Shown piece after piece: positions 1 to 8,448 of a stretch of DNA of 14,755 bases (position 1 is its first letter; each line of letters begins with the position of its first letter). Origin of the DNA: Candidatus Heimdallarchaeota archaeon B3_Heim (GTDB lineage: Archaea; Asgardarchaeota; Heimdallarchaeia; Hodarchaeales; Hodarchaeaceae); the NCBI GenBank assembly GCA_003144275.1, contig NJBF01000062.1, forward strand, positions 1-14,755, given 5' to 3'. The notes under the pieces were generated by a model. It searched no databases. It had not been told where the DNA came from and was given only the letters and a program-made list of their open reading frames with translations. The translations under genes and the position numbers were made by a program.

Positions 1-108
1 TCTGCTAGTTAACCACTAAGGTAACTTATTAGATTAAAAATCTTTGTCTCCCTCCCTTCTGTTGCTTGAAAACAAAGCATTCCAGTTGAAAAAATTGAGA
101 ATCAATTT

Positions 109-684
109 TCAGCTAGTTTTCTTTTTTAGAATAAATAAAAGCAGTAAAAAGATTCCAGCTAACAGGCTTATCCGCGTCATCAAATCCGGTGTAGACATAG
201 AATTATTGATGGTAAAATAACTCGTCATCTCTGTTGTCATTCCTGCTATACATCTTGCGACTATTTTTAGTTGATAAGAACCATCGGGAACTGCATAAGT
301 ATTCCAGTTATAATTGGTGAAATATTCCAATGAAACAATTAATTCCCAGGTGATATTTTCAATCGAGGAGAAATAAATTAGATACGTTATTCTATGGGCA
401 AATGTATCACTGACAGCTTCCCAAGCTAGAGTGACCGCTCCCGAAATTATCGCATGGTTACTTGGATAAATGATTAACGAGGGCGATACACTATGGGCTA
501 TCTGCGTGGTTTCCTGATAAACTTCCTGATCTTCTGTATCCTCGGCCATCCTATCTCCTCTTTTCGCCATCCTATCATTGCTTCTGTTCGAGCTCGTTGT
601 GAGGCTCCCTTCCTGTGTACCTAGTAGGTGAACTCCTGCACCCAGATAAATGAGTAAAATTATCAGGACATAGGTTCTTTTCAT
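109..684 (-). CDS. Secreted/surface protein with one Ig-like (FnIII/Big-type) domain and a C-terminal membrane anchor
   Basis: Hydrophobic N-terminal signal; beta-sandwich-type motif YNWNTYAVPDGSYQLKIVA; C-terminal STPDL + hydrophobic helix + KKK tail. Confidence 0.7.
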   Translation of the reverse strand: MKRTYVLIILLIYLGAGVHLLGTQEGSLTTSSNRSNDRMAKRGDRMAEDTEDQEVYQETTQIAHSVSPSLIIYPSNHAIISGAVTLAWEAVSDTFAHRITYLIYFSSIENITWELIVSLEYFTNYNWNTYAVPDGSYQLKIVARCIAGMTTEMTSYFTINNSMSTPDLMTRISLLAGIFLLLLFILKKKTS

Positions 685-1025
685 TACTTCCTGCGCGAGA
701 ATTTTTCCTTTATATCATTTTATTTTTTTCTTTTTCCTATTTGGCTTTGTTCTCATTCTTTTTACGGCTCGTCCTCATCGTCGTCCAATGTAGGGCGTAA
801 CTAATTCTAGATTCCCCTCCCTTTTCTCCATATCCAGAGAGAGGTTTGGATTAACGATCACGATTAGTAGGAGATTTTTTCTTATTCTCCTCCAATTCAG
901 GGATAGTTATATAGTTCCAGAAACTAGATCATACTAACTACCCATCTTCCTTTGAAGCATACATTGCATTTTATTACCTTTGTATTCTTAGATAGTTCTT
1001 ACTTCCTAGCTGGAGGATTACGCGA

Positions 1026-1469
1026 ATGACTTATCAAACATATCAACCAAATGACACTAAAGGCTGGACAACGTGGTTAGCACGCGCAGTTGGGCTTGTT
1101 GAAATATTAATTGGAGTTGGAATCATTTTACTCGGTTTAGCTACCATTATCGCTGGGATCATTGATCTAGGCGATGCATCTGATACAATTATTGGAGAAG
1201 ATTTAACCGCGCTCTTTGGAGGGTTATTTCTCCTCTTCATGGGTGGTCTCATTATCATTGGAGCCATTGTCTTGTTTATCGGTCTTGGTTTATGGAATCT
1301 TAGTAGTTTTTCTTTGTGGCTGAATGTGCTTGGAGTCTTCCTTTATATCGGAAGTGGACTTCTTTCCTTACCGGATACTATCGACCCCTTAAATCCCGAG
1401 ATTCTCTCTTTAGTAATTCCTGCGATTTTTGGTCTTTATCTTTTACTTATCAAATCTAAGTTTCACTAG
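1026..1469 (+). CDS. Hypothetical multi-pass membrane protein (about 4 TM)
   Basis: 147-aa ORF with four Gly/Leu/Ile-rich hydrophobic segments; GGAGG just upstream of the ATG. No family recognised. Confidence 0.75.
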   Translation: MTYQTYQPNDTKGWTTWLARAVGLVEILIGVGIILLGLATIIAGIIDLGDASDTIIGEDLTALFGGLFLLFMGGLIIIGAIVLFIGLGLWNLSSFSLWLNVLGVFLYIGSGLLSLPDTIDPLNPEILSLVIPAIFGLYLLLIKSKFH

Positions 1470-1505
1470 GTTTATTCTACTCAATACTCCAGATTTTATT
1501 TCCTG

Positions 1506-1964
1506 TTAAGAATTCAAATCCTTCAGAAGTATAATAATTATGAGGAAGAGTGATCCTCCCTGAACTAATCTTAGCTGGTCGTTTAACATTGTTTTATTCT
1601 TGTCTCCCTCAATTTTTGGCGAAAATAAAACGTTGATCGTACACACAAACAGGAACGATAATCCGAACATCCAATGATGCACCCCTTCGACATGAAAATC
1701 GCTCATATCAGGCAGGATGTGTCCTAACGGAATTCCAAGCATCCATAGCTCGTCAAAAACCAGGATAAATCCCAATATACATAATAACAGTCTGATGTTT
1801 GCCTCTACCTTCTTTCGTGCAATTAAAATTCCTATTGTTGTTAAGAAAAGAGCAAGGATTATCCAAGAGATTAAATCTGAAGTGTTTACAATGTTTTGCA
1901 ATTGAGTCTCGCCATGATGAGAGGCTGAAAGCGTTTGTAAAATCATTTTTAATCCCCATTTCAT
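1506..1964 (-). CDS. Hypothetical membrane protein with an acidic/His-rich loop
   Basis: ORF 1506-2018. Start moved to ATG 1964 because GAGGT lies 7 nt upstream; a second ATG six codons later is also possible. About 4 hydrophobic segments. Confidence 0.6.
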   Translation of the reverse strand: MKWGLKMILQTLSASHHGETQLQNIVNTSDLISWIILALFLTTIGILIARKKVEANIRLLLCILGFILVFDELWMLGIPLGHILPDMSDFHVEGVHHWMFGLSFLFVCTINVLFSPKIEGDKNKTMLNDQLRLVQGGSLFLIIIILLKDLNS

Positions 1965-2214
1965 TTTTAATACCTCTGTACAACTCTTGCTTGTTACAAC
2001 ATAGCTTGGTAGGTCCAAATGTGGGTATTTACTCGACTCCTTGTCATTTTGAATGCGATAGATTTGTCAAATGAAATTGATTGAAAAATTAGCGCCTCAA
2101 TAAACTGTTTTATTCCACTTCCTTTGAATGAGTTTTTCGAGATCCTGTTTCCTTACTTAAGGAAGACTTAATTTTCGAGCTCTCTATTTATATTTTAGAA
2201 ACTTATGGTACATT

Positions 2215-2727
2215 ATGGTATACGATTTACAAGAAGCTATCGAACTCCTCTCTCGGACTCCTAAAGTCTTACGCGAGTTATTGGGTGGACTTGAGGATAA
2301 TTGGGTAACTTTTCATAAACATCCTCACGCTTTTTCTCCCTCTGATGTCATTGGTCATCTTATTGCGGGAGAACAAACTGATTGGATTCTTCGAATGAAG
2401 ATAATGCTTTCTAAGGACGGTTCCAAAGCTTTTCCCCCTTTTAATCGTGAGGGTTTCGATAAGCGTTTAACACTTAAAGAACGATTAGATCAATTTGAAG
2501 CGCTTCGTGCACAAAACCTCGTGACCTTAAAGGAGATTGTGACTGTTAATGATCTTCAGAAAACGGGGATTCATCCTGAATTTGGTGAAGTCACATTACA
2601 ACAACATTTAGCTACCTGGGTTGTTCATGATTTAACCCATCTCTTTCAAATTACTGAGTCCTTAGCTTTACGGTACAAGGAATCCGTTGGTCCTTGGGTA
2701 CCGTATTTAAGGGTTCTTAATGTTTAA
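2215..2727 (+). CDS. DinB/YfiT-like family protein (putative metal-dependent thiol S-transferase)
   Basis: Typical DinB_2 pattern: LSRTP at the N-terminus, SPSDVIGHL, and WVVHDLTHLFQI, giving the three-His metal site. Confidence 0.9.
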   Translation: MVYDLQEAIELLSRTPKVLRELLGGLEDNWVTFHKHPHAFSPSDVIGHLIAGEQTDWILRMKIMLSKDGSKAFPPFNREGFDKRLTLKERLDQFEALRAQNLVTLKEIVTVNDLQKTGIHPEFGEVTLQQHLATWVVHDLTHLFQITESLALRYKESVGPWVPYLRVLNV

Positions 2728-3184
2728 AGTCTCTCTTTTCTCCGCACTTAGGACAATAGCTAGCTGTTACAGTCAATTCTGCCCCGCAATTTTCACAAAA
2801 TTCTCCTCTATCTTCCCATTCAGTTTTTGGGATGTTTTGGGTTGGGGAGGAAAATGTGACTTTGGTGCTTGGACTATTTTGCGAGGGACGTGCTGGAGAT
2901 GGCTGAGGATTCACTGACAGAGGAGAACGATTGGGATTTCGTACCATCATATACAAAAGAACCCCAAGGCCCATAGTAAAGAAAACGACGAGTGCCCACA
3001 ATGCTGCATTCTCACCGTATCGCTGTGCATCTTGATAGGTCCAGATAGCTAATATTGGAACTATTAACATCCCTCCAATGATCAGTATCCACATCCACCA
3101 TCCTCCTCCAAAATCTCCCATCATTCCAAAGCCATCAGTCATATGATCTCCCTCATCGAGAATCGTAAGCAATTGTTGTATCAT
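2717..3184 (-). CDS. PLDc_N-like two-TM domain plus C-terminal zinc-ribbon protein
   Basis: IWTYQDAQRYGENAALWALVVFF...LLYMMVR, a Pro/Ser-rich linker, then CENCG-x8-CPKCG. Overlaps the convergent DinB gene by 11 bp. Confidence 0.85.
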   Translation of the reverse strand: MIQQLLTILDEGDHMTDGFGMMGDFGGGWWMWILIIGGMLIVPILAIWTYQDAQRYGENAALWALVVFFTMGLGVLLYMMVRNPNRSPLSVNPQPSPARPSQNSPSTKVTFSSPTQNIPKTEWEDRGEFCENCGAELTVTASYCPKCGEKRDFKH

Positions 3185-3689
3185 TTTCTTTTCTCTCTAA
3201 TTTTTCTTCTTTATGGAACTACTACCAAGTGACATGATTTTGGGAATTGAGGTTAGAAAACCTACCTAACTATAAGATAAACCATATATCCCTCTTTACT
3301 TTCTCAAGCAAATTTGTATACAATTCTCCTCTTCATCAATTGTAACGAGAAATTGTGAAATTTATGGAGAATTGTGGAAAGGATCACGAATGACACTTTC
3401 CACATGAAACAAACGGTTTATTGCCTATTAGTACTTGGATCAAGAAGTACCAAAAGTCCATTTAATGCCTTATTAAAAATAGCTTTAAGATAATCCGCAT
3501 TAAAAAATTTAGTCGAGATACTTTTTTTTTTCAATGAGAATTTCTTTTGATCAATTGATCGTCGAGATTTGTACTACCTAATTCTATAATTATAAACTCG
3601 AATGTCTACTGTCATAAATATTGTTCTCACTTCATATAATCTTAGATTAGAGAATTTAGTATGAATCTTCTATAGTTAAAATTTTAAAC

Positions 3690-4051
3690 CATGATCATTT
3701 TTGTCCGACAAAGCGAGATTACTCGTATTCGCTAACCTCTCCCTCTCTCTTACATTCATAAAAAGCCTCCCTCCATAACCTCTTCCAAGTGAGGTGATGA
3801 AAAGAAAAATTCCTAAATTCTTGGGTTTTATTCACTTGTAACTACGTGAGACGAGTTACCTGTCAAAGGCAAGAGAAGAATGACCCTTTAGGCGTGAGAG
3901 GTATTAGCGCTGGGGATATCAGCAGTAAGGATGCTTCAAGTAGTCCCAATGAATAGTAACCCTTTTAGTGGTGCTAATCTGCCGGATAGCGGATGTGTGA
4001 CTCATCCTGTCCAGAACTCTTTTCAAGAGTTGTCTGACAAATCTAGTCATG
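3690..4051 (+). mobile_element. 362-bp non-autonomous MITE-like element, copy 1
   Basis: Reverse complement of 12462-12823, identical by base-by-base reading. Imperfect terminal inverted repeats CATGATCATTTTTGTCCGACAA / CATGACTAGATTTGTCAGACAA (17/22). No long ORF. Orientation is arbitrary. Confidence 0.85.
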
Positions 4052-4178
4052 AATTGATCAGAGGTATATTTATGAAATTACCAAATAACATCCTAATTGT
4101 TCCCTAGTTAGAGAGTGATTTAATCCTTATCTCACTATATACTCGTTTTATGCATTAATTTGAGGTTGCCTGATATTC

Positions 4179-4790
4179 TTGTCTATTGAACTCGACCAGA
4201 AAGATTTAATAATACTTGAGCGTTTGAATAAAAATGGGAGAATGACTTATTCACAACTTGGTGAAGAACTCAATCTTTCTGTTCCAAGTATTAAGTCCAG
4301 AATTGAAAAACTACAAAAAATAGGTGTTTTCGATTATATTGGTCTCCATTTGAATCCTCACACGATGACTCCTGATGGAGCGGCCATCATAACACTTAAA
4401 GTAAACCCAGATAATAAAGACGAGCTGTTTGAGTTCTTATCCTCCTCAGATTTAATAAGAGTCGTTTACGAGGTCATGGATGAATATAATGTCACCATTG
4501 TTTCCCAGCATTGTAGTTTTTTAGAATCTGATCAACTATTTGAATCTCTGATGAAAAGACCAGAAGTCGAGCATGCTAAAATTTCTTTCATAAAGAAAAG
4601 AGTTCTTATCAAACCTCATAGAATTCCTAAAGGCACTAAATTATTGAATGTGATGTGTGAATACTGTGGTAAGCAACTTGAAAGCAGTTACGAGGTCGGA
4701 AAATTTGATCAAGTTCCTCATTATTTCTGTTGTACCTCCTGTCTTAAAAATTATAAAAAATGGCGAGATTCTCAACTAAAGAAGAAATAG
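4179..4790 (+). CDS. Lrp/AsnC-family transcriptional regulator with a C-terminal TRASH metal-binding domain (CopR/CopT-like architecture)
   Basis: N-terminal AsnC HTH (LDQKDLIILERLNKNGRMTYSQLGEELNLSVPSIKSRIEKL), RAM-like middle, and CEYCG...HYFCCTSC TRASH motif. TTG start with GAGGT upstream. Confidence 0.9.
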   Translation: MSIELDQKDLIILERLNKNGRMTYSQLGEELNLSVPSIKSRIEKLQKIGVFDYIGLHLNPHTMTPDGAAIITLKVNPDNKDELFEFLSSSDLIRVVYEVMDEYNVTIVSQHCSFLESDQLFESLMKRPEVEHAKISFIKKRVLIKPHRIPKGTKLLNVMCEYCGKQLESSYEVGKFDQVPHYFCCTSCLKNYKKWRDSQLKKK

Positions 4791-5053
4791 TAATAATCAA
4801 ACCTACCAAACATATTTCCTTCTGTAACCAGGAATTAGAAAACGATCTTAATTCCATAGGGGAGAATAAAATTGTAGCGACTCTAGTCCCCGTTCGGTGT
4901 AGGGGGTTTCTAGCAAAGAATCGCCTCCCTTTTTTCCATATAGTTTTCTTTCTATTTCATATATCAAATTTTAGTGACTTCTGATCACTTATTTTTCTCA
5001 TGTCTCTCCTTCTGGGAGAATACGCTGACTTACGTATTGAATGACTTCGTATC

Positions 5054-5518
5054 CTAAAGTATTTTCAACCGATAAAGCCGATAAGTTTCCCACCAACAGA
5101 CAATTATTCCTACTAGACAGAAGATCACAAATAGTATCCGATCAAAAATTCCCGGAGCGATCGTTATCATCCATAGTATGCTTAAGAATAGCAGACTGGT
5201 AAAAAAAACTGCGAGAAAGAAAAAACGGGGTAATAAAATTCCTCGAAATTGAATGAAATGTTGCAGTATTCCCACTGGTACATACTTGGTTAAATAATAT
5301 TTTCCCGTCTCGTCTTTATCCGCAATTCCTAATGTTAAAAGCTTATTCAAATGATGAGACGCAATACTCGGACTTGAAAATTTCATTTCTCCTGTTAATT
5401 CTCTTACAGTTACCTCTGAGTTTACTAATAAATACCAATAGGTTAATAGCGTTTTTCCCGTAAGTTGGGATTCAATCTCCTCTGTGTTTTTCGCAGACGG
5501 CATTGGAGTGCTCTCCAC
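5054..5518 (-). CDS. Membrane-anchored winged-helix (ArsR-like) regulator with two C-terminal TM helices
   Basis: GKTLLTYWYLL...VRELTGEMKFSSPSIASHHLNKL wHTH, followed by LLPRFFF and two hydrophobic helices. Start is GTG 5518 or ATG 5503. Confidence 0.8.
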   Translation of the reverse strand: MESTPMPSAKNTEEIESQLTGKTLLTYWYLLVNSEVTVRELTGEMKFSSPSIASHHLNKLLTLGIADKDETGKYYLTKYVPVGILQHFIQFRGILLPRFFFLAVFFTSLLFLSILWMITIAPGIFDRILFVIFCLVGIIVCWWETYRLYRLKIL

Positions 5519-5560
5519 GCTCCTAAGAAGTTCTCTTTCCTCTCAAAATTTAGATCGAGA

Positions 5561-7819
5561 TTAAATGGTTGATATTTCTTTCCACGAAAACCTTGACATA
5601 GGGGTGGTAAGCAAGTAGAGAGTTGCCTGAGAAATGAACTTATCAGTGGCTATGAAGCTCTCTACCCATGAAGGTAATTCAGGTATGGCATTTCCTTGAT
5701 CAAGAATTTCTTGCCATGTTTCATCAGTCAATCTTTCCGCTAGAGGTTGTTCAAACTCGTAATAAGAGAATATTGCTCCGCGTGAGAGTATTAATTCTCC
5801 ATTCACCTCATTTACTGTAAAGATTACAAATGGATTACCTACTCCCTCTTCTAATACTTTTTCTGAGTATGGATCCGTATGTACATCTGCTACTAGTGCC
5901 ATTCGGGAATCTGTATCCGTATAATAAACCGATTCATTGATATTTACTATACCCTCTAAAGTATACCCGATATTTTCTATAAGATCTACTTCACTACTTT
6001 TCAAAGGCTTATTTTCGAGTTCCTTAATCGTGATTTCGGTTAAGCTAAATAGTGTTTCTAGAAGCAGCGTTAAGCGATTATTGATGATATCTGGCATCAA
6101 ACTACGACTGCTCAATCCTTCAAAGGTAAGAGAGGCTAGACTTGCTAAGCGAGCAAATAACTCGGGATTTGCCTCCACATATCCTTGTTCGGGTTCAGGT
6201 GGCATTGATACGAACTTTGTGTAACTTTGCTTGGCATAGAGAATTGTATCATGTCTTAATTCTGTCCATGAGCCTAAAGCCGTTATTAATTCTTTATCTA
6301 CCCAAGCAGGGGTCTGCATATACGTTGGATAACCCGTACCTTTCGGATTTAAGAGTGGGGTCAATGAATACAACCATAACCAGTACAGGTTTTGCGTCCA
6401 CACAGTTAGGTTATAGAGAGCATATTCAGTTTCTAATTCGTTTCTTTTGGGAAGATAATCCGGATATAGAGCTGCTTCTTCTGTTAATAGTTCTTTTGAC
6501 CGATTTGAGCCGAAGACGGCAAAAATATCTAACGCGGTAGGAAAAAGTCTATTCCTCACACTATCATGGACAAGTTTTTGGAAGATATATGAATCTGGAA
6601 TAAAGCGTTGTCCCATAAAGCGGAGGCCTTTTGTTTCATTACTTGCATCTTGAGTATCAGGGATCACTGACGATAATATCCGGGGATTGCGATAAAGAAG
6701 CCCTTCTTGGATAATTTTCTCTATCACTGAGTTATTTTCAACTGTTTCAAGCTCTACTGGAGAAGTTAGGACTTTTCCAATCATCTCAAGATAATCAGAG
6801 TAAATAAGATCGTCTGCACTTCCCACAAAAAATACTGTTGGTTCATAGATGTCTGACCAATAGTCTATATTTCCTTCTAATTGGGCTATCCCTAGTGCTA
6901 TTAATACTGCTTGCCTGGTTTCATTCATTCCTCGATTATCGCTCGGGTTTAATCGAAAGCTCATTCGTCCATACCACATCATGGCTTTGAAAAACTGTTC
7001 CAATTTTTCGGTTCGAGTATAATGGCCTCGGGGTTTGTATTGGGAATAGTCCTCTAAATAACCAAAGAGGGGTGATGAAGTTATTGTTGAATGAGCTTCG
7101 ATTAAAGCTAATTCTGCTGCTACTAATGTCTCCACCAGTGGATCACTGTTTGACATCGGGTCAAGTAATGTCTGTGCAATTGAGAAGAATGCAAGATTCT
7201 TCCGGGCCGCTTCTTCAACATTGGGGGAATTGCCTTCGCTGAGTGCGTGTAGATATTGAGTTCGTGAGACATCCATCATATTTATGGTGAGATTTCGAAG
7301 CAAAAACCAAAAGATATCTCCTTCTATTGAGCGAAGGGCATTATCATACAGAACATGATAAGCATGGAGTACAGCATCAGTAGTAACAAAACTGGGAATA
7401 CCACTCTCTTCATTTTCTGTGTAAATGTCATATATTTGTTGATAATCAGATGGTATGACGACAAAACCGTTCTGTACTAATAGGCTTTTAGCTTCCCCTG
7501 TTAATACTTCAAAGAACGAATTAGACGGATTATAGTTTACTACATTGCTTAGATCTGAGTCGATGGTGTACGGTTGGAGGATGGGTGTAAAATTGAGTGA
7601 GGCTTCATACGGAACGTATGTCCCAAAACTGGTCTTAATTGGTCCTGGAATGGTGTAAAGGGGATCTTCTCCTTTAGTACCTGGAATAAGGAGCTCTCCA
7701 AAATAATCACTCGCAATAAAAATTCCTGAAAACACAACGATTATCGTTAATAGTATTCCTGCTCCTCCTTCCTTTAGAATTCTCTTTTTTGTTAGATCAT
7801 CTAATGCCATCTCAATCAC
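5561..7819 (-). CDS. DUF3160 domain-containing exported protein with an N-terminal membrane anchor
   Basis: Characteristic motifs: NGFVVIP, IPSFVTTDAVLHAYH, DYSQYKPRGHYT, YFKAMMWYGR-like FFKAMMWYGR, GLRFMGQRFIPDS, SWTELRHDTILYAKQSY, GYVEANP, ADVHTD, FSYYEF. Start is GTG 7819 or ATG 7810. Confidence 0.9.
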   Translation of the reverse strand: MIEMALDDLTKKRILKEGGAGILLTIIVVFSGIFIASDYFGELLIPGTKGEDPLYTIPGPIKTSFGTYVPYEASLNFTPILQPYTIDSDLSNVVNYNPSNSFFEVLTGEAKSLLVQNGFVVIPSDYQQIYDIYTENEESGIPSFVTTDAVLHAYHVLYDNALRSIEGDIFWFLLRNLTINMMDVSRTQYLHALSEGNSPNVEEAARKNLAFFSIAQTLLDPMSNSDPLVETLVAAELALIEAHSTITSSPLFGYLEDYSQYKPRGHYTRTEKLEQFFKAMMWYGRMSFRLNPSDNRGMNETRQAVLIALGIAQLEGNIDYWSDIYEPTVFFVGSADDLIYSDYLEMIGKVLTSPVELETVENNSVIEKIIQEGLLYRNPRILSSVIPDTQDASNETKGLRFMGQRFIPDSYIFQKLVHDSVRNRLFPTALDIFAVFGSNRSKELLTEEAALYPDYLPKRNELETEYALYNLTVWTQNLYWLWLYSLTPLLNPKGTGYPTYMQTPAWVDKELITALGSWTELRHDTILYAKQSYTKFVSMPPEPEQGYVEANPELFARLASLASLTFEGLSSRSLMPDIINNRLTLLLETLFSLTEITIKELENKPLKSSEVDLIENIGYTLEGIVNINESVYYTDTDSRMALVADVHTDPYSEKVLEEGVGNPFVIFTVNEVNGELILSRGAIFSYYEFEQPLAERLTDETWQEILDQGNAIPELPSWVESFIATDKFISQATLYLLTTPMSRFSWKEISTI

Positions 7820-8448
7820 CGTACCTCAATTTTTGATCTGAATCTTGAATAGTAAAATAATTGAGTTCCTACATAATACCATACTTTAGAACATAGGATT
7901 TCATTTCTTCGCTTTCCGGTTCCAATGACTGGTACATTATAAATAGAGTTTTTATCATAAAGTCTTTCCACAAAGTAGTTCTCAATTCTGAAGATCAAAA
8001 AGGACCTAAACTTACCAAAATAAAGGATCTTTTAACAACAGATACTTCTTATCTCATAAAATTCTATGTAACATCATTAGATGATGTATCTACTGTACAA
8101 AATGTCTTTTCAGATATCATTCTCCATGTTTATTAGCTACGTGATTATTAATAGAGAATAAGATCCAGAAAGAGTATTAATCAAGTTACACATTTATCTC
8201 TTCTAACGAAAATTTTTGTTGTTCCATTATTGGCGAAGGCCATCCTGAAAGAGCTAGGAGAATAACAATCGCTATACTCATCCCCCACTTTTTTGGCATA
8301 AATGAAATGTTAATTTTGAATCCACTTCTGAAGTAGAGAAAATACATCACTAAGGAGAGCAATATTAACCTTCTAAAGGAAGTTCTGATTCACAATTGGG
8401 GCAATACTTAGTTTTACTCTTACACGACATCTGAGTAATTGGATGATC

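Noticed and set aside
544-576. GCCATCCTATC repeated twice (DRMA...DRMA)
   Set aside because: A single short duplication in a low-complexity linker with no wider pattern.
3981-4031. Resemblance of the two right-end hairpins to group II intron domains V and VI
   Set aside because: No AGC/CGC triad or GNRA loop in the right positions, the bulge is on the wrong side, and the element has terminal inverted repeats.
4760-4984. 74-aa ORF overlapping the AsnC-TRASH stop, and 60-aa ORF 7816-7998
   Set aside because: No recognisable motifs or convincing RBS; likely chance ORFs in AT-rich DNA.
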